Assembly: GCA_017506175.1 (NCBI GenBank)
Contig: JAFVNW010000002.1
Span: forward strand, 11,636 to 75,635
Direction: 5' to 3'
DNA length: 64,000 bases
Origin: Bacteroidales bacterium
GTDB lineage: Bacteria > Bacteroidota > Bacteroidia > Bacteroidales > WCHB1-69
The translations under genes and the position numbers were made by a program. Each line of letters starts with the position of its first letter. Within the stretch, counting starts at the first letter, position 1. The notes beneath the pieces are model-generated. The model saw nothing but the letters and a program-made list of their open reading frames with translations, was not told the DNA's origin and made no database searches. Shown piece after piece: positions 28,756-36,711 of the stretch.

Positions 28756-28896
28756 GGCTCTTGAAACTTCGACACTTTCAAAAACCGCCGACTTGATGAC
28801 TCGCGCTGTAAATGCGTGTTCTCAATTATTGTTGTATGGCGGTCAGGCAGTCGAAGGCCTCAAGAGCGTGCAATGAGTTGAGTTCACGCTTTTTTT
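28756..28896 (+). ncRNA. Structured 5' leader with alternative or crossing helices and a U-tail (attenuator-like)
   Basis: 28757-28789 pairs with 28838-28867; 28814-28831 pairs with 28871-28889; T7 at 28890-28896. Confidence 0.55.
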
Positions 28897-28963
28897 ATGC
28901 TCTTTTTTTGATAATAAACCATAGTATAACAGCTTAATTATTAACCAATTAAAATTTTTAATT

Positions 28964-29614
28964 ATGAAGAAATGTTTTTTTATTTTGTTGGCTTGCATGC
29001 TTGCATTCACGGCTTGTGACAAAGATGACAATGGTGTGGGCTCTGGTACCGATTCCGGAAACACAAGCAGCGGTGGTGGCTCCAACAGCAGCGGAAAACT
29101 GTCTTTCGAAAATCGGAGCGATTTTTCTGCCAGAGTGTCTGTGCAGGGGCTCGGTACGTACAATATGACGGCAGGAGGCACTTATAATATTGAGAATGTC
29201 CCCGCTGGCACTTACTCCATCACTTATGAGCAAACCAGCCACTACCCATTCGGCCCGGCAATTGTTGAAACCACCGCCGCGACAGTTAATAATTATTATA
29301 CCACCAAAGTCAGTTTCCCCGATTGTTATACTGGAGCGAAACTAGCAAATACAACTGATTACCAATGTACGTTCACGATAAGCAGAGCGGGTTACGGATC
29401 AAAGAGCTATGTGGTGGAACCTGGATATTATCACATGGTTGAGTATCTCCCCAGCGATGGTAATTATACTATTGAATCCCTCCAGAATTCTGGTTACATA
29501 TTATATCCTGACAGACACGAATGGACATATTCTCCGACTTGCGGCTATTATAGCACCTTTGACCATAGTGCCACCAAAAGCACGCAGGCTCCAGTGGAAA
29601 TTCCCGCAAACTAA
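28964..29614 (+). CDS. Lipoprotein with a Gly/Ser linker and two tandem beta-rich (Ig-like) units
   Basis: Lipobox FTAC-DKDD (acidic residues after the Cys, as in Bacteroidetes surface-export signals); repeated N.(S/T)D(F/Y)...G.Y.I...Q.S.Y...P units. Confidence 0.75.
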   Translation: MKKCFFILLACMLAFTACDKDDNGVGSGTDSGNTSSGGGSNSSGKLSFENRSDFSARVSVQGLGTYNMTAGGTYNIENVPAGTYSITYEQTSHYPFGPAIVETTAATVNNYYTTKVSFPDCYTGAKLANTTDYQCTFTISRAGYGSKSYVVEPGYYHMVEYLPSDGNYTIESLQNSGYILYPDRHEWTYSPTCGYYSTFDHSATKSTQAPVEIPAN

Positions 29615-29629
29615 CGCTCTCAGAACAAA

Positions 29630-29669
29630 TATTTTATTATGAAAAAACTTATTTTATTATGAAAAAACT
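29630..29669 (+). repeat. Perfect 20-bp tandem duplication spanning a start codon
   Basis: tattttattatgaaaaaact x2. Confidence 0.95.
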
Positions 29670-30162
29670 CGTTGCTTTATTAATGATGCTGATCGTATGT
29701 TTCAGCTTGAATGCGCAGACGCAAACCTTGGCCAAAGGGACCATCGTCAATGTAAAACTTGCCACCAAGGAGACCAGCAAGAACATGTCGAAAGTGAAGG
29801 CGAAGGTCGCCGCTCCGATTATAAGTGCGAAGGGCGACACGCTGATTGCCGCTGAAACGCCGGTCATTGTGCAAAAGGAAAACTGCAACAAGGCGCGCGG
29901 AATGGGACGCGAGGGCTCGATGACTCTCCGCGTGATTTCCACCACCGCCGTTGACGGCCAGATGGTCAACTTGGACGGCAAACTCGATTTGGTAGGCCAG
30001 AACCGCCGTGGAGGTGCCATCGCCTGCGGTGTCGTCTTCGGCATCATCTTCTGCCCCATCGGCTTCTTGGGTTTCTGCCACAAAGGCACCCAAGCCACCG
30101 CCAAGAGAGGCACCATCATCCCCGGCACAGTCGTAAATGACATGAATATTTCTGCAAAATAA
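29659..30162 (+). CDS. Exported hypothetical protein (TrbI/VirB10-like beta domain by eye) with a C-terminal hydrophobic segment
   Basis: Signal peptide; LAKGTIVNVKL...LIAAETPV...KARGMGREGSMTL...AVDGQMVNL pattern. Confidence 0.6.
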   Translation: MKKLVALLMMLIVCFSLNAQTQTLAKGTIVNVKLATKETSKNMSKVKAKVAAPIISAKGDTLIAAETPVIVQKENCNKARGMGREGSMTLRVISTTAVDGQMVNLDGKLDLVGQNRRGGAIACGVVFGIIFCPIGFLGFCHKGTQATAKRGTIIPGTVVNDMNISAK

Positions 30163-30209
30163 TCACTCAAAATCAATTTTTTTATTAACCATTTAAAAAT
30201 TAATTAATT

Positions 30210-30785
30210 ATGAAGAAATTATTGTTGGTATTAATAGCTTGCACGCTGGTATTCAGCGCTTGCAAAAAAGACGAAGAAGATGCTCAACAACAACAGGTGG
30301 AAACCATGAAGGATTTCTTGACCAACAAAGACGGCTGGCAGTTGAGTTCCGTTACTTGCACACATGAACTCCACTTGCAAAACAACACAACCATTGCCGC
30401 CAACACGGAACTCCTTACTGGCGACTACGCCAGCGGCACTGGTTATTTCTATGCTTATGAAATCGACGACATCTACAAATTCGTTGCTTCTGCAAATGCT
30501 CCAACCGAAGGAACCGAATATTTGAATGGCAACACTCAGATTGGTGACATCAACCATCCAGCACAAACCAATGAGGATATATCACTTGGCACTTACATTT
30601 TCAATTCTGAAACCATGCTCCTCGGCCTCTATCTGCCGTGGGCACCCACCGCTTTCACCACTGCAAGTATAAAAACCTTGAACAAAAACACAATGGAACT
30701 CATCTGCAACTACACCATTCAAGCTGACAATGCCAAGCTTGATCCCGGTGAATACACTTTCACTGTAAAGTTCAGGGCTTTATAA
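30210..30785 (+). CDS. Lipoprotein, lipocalin-like
   Basis: Lipobox FSAC-KKDEED; LT..GWQLSS N-terminal strand; IKTLNKNTMEL near the C-terminus. Confidence 0.7.
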   Translation: MKKLLLVLIACTLVFSACKKDEEDAQQQQVETMKDFLTNKDGWQLSSVTCTHELHLQNNTTIAANTELLTGDYASGTGYFYAYEIDDIYKFVASANAPTEGTEYLNGNTQIGDINHPAQTNEDISLGTYIFNSETMLLGLYLPWAPTAFTTASIKTLNKNTMELICNYTIQADNAKLDPGEYTFTVKFRAL

Positions 30786-30819
30786 GCAGTTGATATTCAT
30801 TCATTCTTTTTCATTTTTG

Positions 30820-30853
30820 AAATCCCGCCGTGCTAACTGCCCGACGGGATTTT
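30820..30853 (+). terminator. Probable terminator closing the lipoprotein operon
   Basis: aaatcccg...cgggatttt hairpin. Confidence 0.6.
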
Positions 30854-30969
30854 CTATTGTCGTCACTTCGCTCATGATCAAAGTTTTTTTAGTACTTTTG
30901 CCGCCTCTTCGAGAATATAAATCGCAATCCTCCCTCAACGAACCAACAATTAAACAACTCAGCAATATT

Positions 30970-31560
30970 ATGTCCAACATTCTGCAACACATCACCGGCA
31001 ACATCAAACATTGGTGGATTTCAATAATTATCGGCACACTCTCCATCCTCATCGGCTTCTGGTGTATCTTTACTCCATTGGCGGCTTTCGAGGGTCTGGT
31101 TGACTTCTTTGAGATCCTGTTCATTGTCTGTGGCTTGTCTGAAGTGATTTTCGCGTTCGCCAATCGGAATATTGCCGTCGGATGGGGCTGGAATCTCACC
31201 GCCGGCCTTATCGATATCTTATTGGGAATCATTTTGTTATCGTTGCCGCAAGCCACCGTGGGACAGATGCTTATCTATCTGGTCGGTTTCTGGATTATGT
31301 TCCGTTCCTTCTGGACTATCGGCCTTTCTGTCGATTTGCAGTCCATTGGCATCAAAGGTTGGTGGGCTTGGTTCTCGCTCTCCGTACTCTCACTGATTCT
31401 GTCGGTTGTTTTCATCTTCGGCAGCCCGCTCTTTGGCGGTACCTTCATCGTCGTGTTTGTCGCGCTCGCCTTGATTTGTTATGGCATTTTCCGCATTGGC
31501 GTCGGCATCTGCCTACATCGCGTCAGCAAGGGCATCGACAAACTCATGGACGAGGAATAG
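30970..31560 (+). CDS. HdeD/DUF308 family membrane protein
   Basis: KHWWISIIIG..., GWGWNLTAGLIDILLG, six TM helices; start at ATG 30970. Confidence 0.85.
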   Translation: MSNILQHITGNIKHWWISIIIGTLSILIGFWCIFTPLAAFEGLVDFFEILFIVCGLSEVIFAFANRNIAVGWGWNLTAGLIDILLGIILLSLPQATVGQMLIYLVGFWIMFRSFWTIGLSVDLQSIGIKGWWAWFSLSVLSLILSVVFIFGSPLFGGTFIVVFVALALICYGIFRIGVGICLHRVSKGIDKLMDEE

Positions 31561-31620
31561 TCTAACTTTTTTTTGTATTTTTGCGCCCGTTTTTTTAAGA
31601 GAAAGAAAATCAGGAATATT

Positions 31621-33591
31621 ATGGATAAAAATACGATTATCGGTCTGCTGCTCATCTTCGGATTGTTCTTGGGTTATAGTTTTTACAGCAGCAACAAGGC
31701 GAAAAAAGCTTATGAGGCGCAACAGGAACAGGCCGAAAAGGAAGCGGCGGCAGCTGCTGCAAATAAGACGGATTCCACCACTGTCGCTCTCGCCGACACG
31801 ACAAAACCGCAGCCAGCACCCAATCTCGGACCTACCGTCCGAACCCCCGAACCGCATACAACCGCCAACTCAAATGGTCTCTTCGGCTACGCCGACACCG
31901 CCAAAACCGGTGATTTCGTGGTGAAAACCAACAAAGGTGAATACCATATCGCTCGCATCGGAGGTTATGTTAACTACGTGAAATTCAATGATATTTACAC
32001 GTATGCTCCGAAAGGTCAGAAAAAACCGCAACTCATCCTTTTCGACCAAAACACCACTTCCATGTCGATTGACCTGACGATGAACGACACGCAATGTCCA
32101 CGTGTACAGACCAAAAACTGCTATTTCTCATCGCCGAAGGACACTTTGATTGTAAAGAAGGATTCCGCGACGTTGGCCTTGAGAATGTACCCCTACTATC
32201 GCGCCGATTCCGCCCATTCCGCATACGCCACCCTCGACAGCAGTGCCTACATCGAGTTCCTCTATCAATTCAAAGCCAACGACTTCAAGTTCGATTATAG
32301 CGTGCATTTCGTCAACATGGGCAGCTATATGGCTTCCAACAAGAAAGATTTTACTCTTAACTGGGAGGCGCAGCTGCGCAACGTGGAGAAGAATTACGAT
32401 TACGAGCGCGATAATACCACTCTCTTCTTTATGGATAACCTCAATGAGGTGGACAACCTGAAAGAACGCGAGTCCGATTCCAAGAACTTCTCCACCGAAC
32501 TGAAATGGGTCTCCTTTAAACAACAGTTCTTCACTTCCACTATCATTGCCAAGAACGCATTCCGCAAGGGCGAGCTGAAAGTGAACGTTCCCAATGGGAA
32601 AAACAGCAAGAACAGCAAAATCGGCGATGAACTGAAAGACTTTGATGCCCAGTTGGTTATGAATGTCGCGAATACGGATGACAGCCGATTCGACATGAGT
32701 TTCTATTTCGGTCCGAACCAGTACAAACAGCTGAAGACCTACGATTTGAACCTCGAACGTCAAGTGCCGATGGGCTGGGGCTTCTTCCTGCTCCACTGGA
32801 TCAACCGCTTCATCATCCTGCCCATTTTCAACTGGTTGGAGGCATACGGCATCAGTTATGGTATTATTATCCTGATACTCAGTGTATTTATTAAAATCAT
32901 CATTCTTCCGGTGGCTTATAAAACCTATATGTCGTCGGCTAAAATGCGCGTGTTGAAACCCGAACTGGAGGAACTCAACAAGAAATATCCGAAGCAGGAA
33001 GACGCGATGAAGAAACAACAGGCCACGATGACCTTGTATAAAAAGGCCGGTGTCAGCCCGATGTCGGGATGCTTGCCGATGCTGCTGCAACTTCCGATTC
33101 TCTACGCCATGTTCCGTTTCTTCCCGGCATCCTACGAGTTGCGTCAACAGCCCTTCCTTTGGGCCGACGACCTCTCCACCTACGATTCCATCCTCGACCT
33201 GAGCTTCAACATTCCCTTCTACGGCGACCACGTCAGCTTGTTCACCCTGCTGATGACCGTCGCCACCATCGTCTATACCTGGCTCAACAATCGCCTGATG
33301 TCGGTTGGAAACCAAGACCAGATGAAGATGATGAAATGGATGATGTATCTAATGCCCATCCTGTTCCTTGGCATGTTCAACAGTTTTTCTGCCGCCTTGA
33401 CCTACTACTATCTGCTCATCAACCTGATTACCTTCCTCCAGATGTGGATTTTCAGAATGGCCATCAATGAGGACAAGTTGAGGAAACAGATTGCCGCCAA
33501 CATGACGAAGCCGGTCAAAAAATCAAGATGGCAGGAACGGATGGAAGCTGCGATGAAAGAACAACAACGTTTGGCCAATCAAAAAAAATAA
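31621..33591 (+). CDS. yidC: Membrane protein insertase YidC
   Basis: MDKNTIIG, WVSFKQQFF, FYFGPN, KMRVLKPE, GCLPMLLQLP, FLWADDLS. Confidence 0.97.
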   Translation: MDKNTIIGLLLIFGLFLGYSFYSSNKAKKAYEAQQEQAEKEAAAAAANKTDSTTVALADTTKPQPAPNLGPTVRTPEPHTTANSNGLFGYADTAKTGDFVVKTNKGEYHIARIGGYVNYVKFNDIYTYAPKGQKKPQLILFDQNTTSMSIDLTMNDTQCPRVQTKNCYFSSPKDTLIVKKDSATLALRMYPYYRADSAHSAYATLDSSAYIEFLYQFKANDFKFDYSVHFVNMGSYMASNKKDFTLNWEAQLRNVEKNYDYERDNTTLFFMDNLNEVDNLKERESDSKNFSTELKWVSFKQQFFTSTIIAKNAFRKGELKVNVPNGKNSKNSKIGDELKDFDAQLVMNVANTDDSRFDMSFYFGPNQYKQLKTYDLNLERQVPMGWGFFLLHWINRFIILPIFNWLEAYGISYGIIILILSVFIKIIILPVAYKTYMSSAKMRVLKPELEELNKKYPKQEDAMKKQQATMTLYKKAGVSPMSGCLPMLLQLPILYAMFRFFPASYELRQQPFLWADDLSTYDSILDLSFNIPFYGDHVSLFTLLMTVATIVYTWLNNRLMSVGNQDQMKMMKWMMYLMPILFLGMFNSFSAALTYYYLLINLITFLQMWIFRMAINEDKLRKQIAANMTKPVKKSRWQERMEAAMKEQQRLANQKK

Positions 33592-33687
33592 TCATTGCTT
33601 ATTCATGATGAATGTCGGGCTTTTAGATCAATCGGCATCCCTATGGAAGCAACTTCCGATTCATCATTCGTTATTCATTAAAAGCAA

Positions 33688-35043
33688 ATGGAGTTCAAGG
33701 ATTGTTTGACAGAAGTGAGCGGGTTGCAGTACGTATGCGACTGCATGAAGGTTTGTTCTCCGTTGGGCAAGTCGCAGTTGCTGCATTTCCCCTTTTTGCT
33801 TAGTCCTGACGCCATTCAACGCGAATTGGACAGGGTTGAAAACCAGATGGTTTTCGTGCGCGAGAATCCGGGTGCGGAGGTTGCGCTGATTACGTCGTTG
33901 CACGAGGTCCACGACATTTCTCAGACCATTATGAACCTCAAGCGGATGCAGGTTCTGGACGACATTGAGCTCTTTGAGCTGAAAAAGTTCGCTCTCACCT
34001 CTCAAAAAATCCTGGAACTTGTTAGAAATCAGTCGGATATTAGGCTGTATGATTTGTCTAAGGTCGTCAAGGCGCTTGATCCCGAAGATTCTAAAATCGA
34101 GCATTTCTATATCTATTCCGTTTACGACAGCGAGTTGGAGCCGCTTCGCAAGCAGGCGCAACAGACCGATGACGCCGACGAGCGAGAGCGTTTGAACTGG
34201 GAAATCGCGCAGGTTGAGGACAGAGTCCGCAGAAAATTGTCGGAAATGCTACATCCCTATTGGGAAAGTTTGCAGAAAAACCAACAAGAAATTGCCGCGC
34301 TGGATTTGTTGAATGCGAAGGCGCAAATGGCGGCGGAGTGGCATCTCTGTAAACCCGAAATATCCTTTGAATCAACCTCTTATACACGTATTTTTCATCC
34401 AGAAATCAAGCACATCCTGCAAGAGCGCGGGGCTGATTTCCAAGCCATCGATATCTTGATGGAGAAGAAGCCCTGTCTGATTACCGGCGCGAACATGTCG
34501 GGGAAGACCGTGCTGCTCAAGTCGCTCAACCTGGCGCAGCATCTTTTCCAGTTCGGGTTTTATGTGCCGGCGGAAAGGGCGCGGATCGTGCCAGTGGAGG
34601 AGGTGTCCTGTGTGATTGACGACCGGCAGACAGAGCAGAAAGGGCTCTCGTCGTTTGCAGTTGAAATTCTGAATATCAACAAGATAATCGAGAGAACGAA
34701 GCAGGGCAGGCATCTGTTGGTGCTGGTGGACGAGTTGGCGCGTACCACGAATCCCGATGAAGGACGGAGCATTGTGAACGCTTTTGTGATGATGATGGAC
34801 AAATATGAAGTGATGTCGCTCGTCTCCACCCATTATAGCGGCGTGGCGGCACATTGTCGCCGACTTCGTGTCAAAGGATTGATGATGAATAAGATAACGG
34901 ATGATATCACACCAAAAAATCTGAATCGGTTTATGGATTACTCTCTTGTTGAAACCACTTCCGATGAGGTCCCGACAGAAGCCCTCACCATCGCCCGCAT
35001 ATTCCATGCCGATGAAGAGTTCTTGAAATTGGCCGGGAAATAA
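33688..35043 (+). CDS. Short MutS-related ATPase (MutS domain V, no mismatch-binding or Smr domain)
   Basis: ITGANMSGKT, GLSSFAVE, LVDELARTTNPDEG, STHY; only 451 aa. Confidence 0.8.
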   Translation: MEFKDCLTEVSGLQYVCDCMKVCSPLGKSQLLHFPFLLSPDAIQRELDRVENQMVFVRENPGAEVALITSLHEVHDISQTIMNLKRMQVLDDIELFELKKFALTSQKILELVRNQSDIRLYDLSKVVKALDPEDSKIEHFYIYSVYDSELEPLRKQAQQTDDADERERLNWEIAQVEDRVRRKLSEMLHPYWESLQKNQQEIAALDLLNAKAQMAAEWHLCKPEISFESTSYTRIFHPEIKHILQERGADFQAIDILMEKKPCLITGANMSGKTVLLKSLNLAQHLFQFGFYVPAERARIVPVEEVSCVIDDRQTEQKGLSSFAVEILNINKIIERTKQGRHLLVLVDELARTTNPDEGRSIVNAFVMMMDKYEVMSLVSTHYSGVAAHCRRLRVKGLMMNKITDDITPKNLNRFMDYSLVETTSDEVPTEALTIARIFHADEEFLKLAGK

Positions 35044-35189
35044 TTTTCTTTCTTTCTTCCTTCCTCTTCAACTATCAGGCGGAATAAAATTTTTTTCGTT
35101 ATTCCGTTTTATTGTCGTATCTTTGTGCGCCTTTTTTAAATTGTTAACTATTTTTTGTAAATTGTTGTAAATCAAAATAATAATATATC

Positions 35190-36698
35190 ATGCTACTGAA
35201 AGAAGCTGAAAAAGTAATATTTGAAAATGCAAAATTGAGCATCACAGCTGAAGAAAGACAACGCATTGAAGAAAGTTACAATTTTCTGTCGGATTTTTCA
35301 AAAGATAAAATCATTTATGGCATTAATACCGGGTTCGGTCCGATGGCGCAATACCGCATTCCTGATGAGGATTTGCTTGACCTCCAGTACAATATCATCC
35401 GCAGCCACTCTACCGGTGCGGGTGAGCCTTTCGGCGATGTTTATGTGAAGGCTGCCATGCTTTCTCGTTACCGCACTTTCGCTCGTGGCAAGTCGGGCGT
35501 GCATATTGACGCGCTGCAACTGCTGGTCGATTTTATCAACCACGGCATCTGCCCGTTCATCCCGCAGCACGGCAGCGTGGGTTCCAGTGGCGACCTTGTG
35601 CAGCTTGCCCACCTCGCCCTTTGTCTCATTGGCGAGGGAAAAGTGTTCTATAAAGGGCAGCTCCGCCCGTCTGCTGAGGTGATGCGCGAGTTGAATCTCC
35701 AACCACTGAAACCGCATCTCCGCGAAGGCTTGGCTCTTACCAATGGTACTGCCATGATGACGGGCGTGGGCATTGTCAATCTCCATTATGCAAAAAAACT
35801 GCTCCATTACGCCATCGTCGGCTCTCTGATGGTGAACGAAATCGTGGCCTCCTATGACGATTTCTTCGCGCCTGAACTCAACGACCTCAAAGGCCACGAG
35901 GGACAGACCTACGTAGCCCACAAGATGTGCGAGCTTGCGCAAAGTTCACACGCACTGCTGAAACGCGAAATCGAAATGTATCACCCTCACAAAGAACAGA
36001 TTTTCAAACACAAAGTGCAGCCTTTCTATTCCTTGCGCTGCGTTCCGCAAGTGCTTGGCCCCGTGTATGATACACTCGCTTTCTCAGAAAAAATCCTTGA
36101 AGAGGAGTTCAACGCTGTGGATGACAACCCCATCGTGGACAGCGAAACCAAGAATGTTTATCACGGTGGCAATTTCCATGGCGACTACGTCTCTTTTGAA
36201 ATGGACAAAATGAAAATCGCCGTCACCAAGATGACGATGTTGCTGGAACGACAATTCAATTACCTGTGCCACGATAAAATCAACGAGATTCTCCCGCCGT
36301 TCCTCAATCTGGGCAAACTCGGCCTCAATTACGGAGTGCAGGCCATGCAGTTCACTGCTACCTCCACCACCGCTGAATGCCAAACACTCTCGAATCCGAT
36401 GTACGTCCACAGCATCCCCAATAACAATGACAATCAGGATGTTGTCAGTATGGGTACCAACTCCGCCATCTTGGCGAAGCGCGTCATCGACAATGCCTAT
36501 CAGGTATTCTCAATCTACTTTATCGGCTTAGCGCAAGCTGTTGACTGCCTGAAAGTCAAGGACAACCTTTCTGAAACCAGCCGCCGCATTTACGATGAAA
36601 TCCGTGCGATGGTGCCGCTTTTCATCAAGGACACGCCGAAGTATGAAGAGGAGGCTGCCGTCATCGATTATTTGAAGAACAAAAAAATAGATTTATAG
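35190..36698 (+). CDS. Aromatic amino-acid ammonia-lyase (HAL/TAL family; resembles the tyrosine ammonia-lyases of flexirubin clusters)
   Basis: IYGINTGFGPMAQY, LQYNIIRSH, GSVGSSGDL (MIO site), REGLALTNGT, YSLRCVPQ, DNP, GGNFHG, NQDVVSMG. Confidence 0.92.
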   Translation: MLLKEAEKVIFENAKLSITAEERQRIEESYNFLSDFSKDKIIYGINTGFGPMAQYRIPDEDLLDLQYNIIRSHSTGAGEPFGDVYVKAAMLSRYRTFARGKSGVHIDALQLLVDFINHGICPFIPQHGSVGSSGDLVQLAHLALCLIGEGKVFYKGQLRPSAEVMRELNLQPLKPHLREGLALTNGTAMMTGVGIVNLHYAKKLLHYAIVGSLMVNEIVASYDDFFAPELNDLKGHEGQTYVAHKMCELAQSSHALLKREIEMYHPHKEQIFKHKVQPFYSLRCVPQVLGPVYDTLAFSEKILEEEFNAVDDNPIVDSETKNVYHGGNFHGDYVSFEMDKMKIAVTKMTMLLERQFNYLCHDKINEILPPFLNLGKLGLNYGVQAMQFTATSTTAECQTLSNPMYVHSIPNNNDNQDVVSMGTNSAILAKRVIDNAYQVFSIYFIGLAQAVDCLKVKDNLSETSRRIYDEIRAMVPLFIKDTPKYEEEAAVIDYLKNKKIDL

Positions 36699-36711
36699 TC
36701 AATTCTACACT

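Noticed and set aside
28494-28867. The repeated 18-mer as a CRISPR repeat or as invertible-DNA ends
   Set aside because: There are only two direct copies 262 bp apart and no cas genes. The inverted copy is interrupted by internal loops, which fits RNA pairing better than a recombinase site, and no recombinase is nearby.
33605-33667. Stem-loop between yidC and the MutS-like gene
   Set aside because: It is short and AT-rich and lacks a U-tail, so I cannot distinguish it from chance or a weak terminator.
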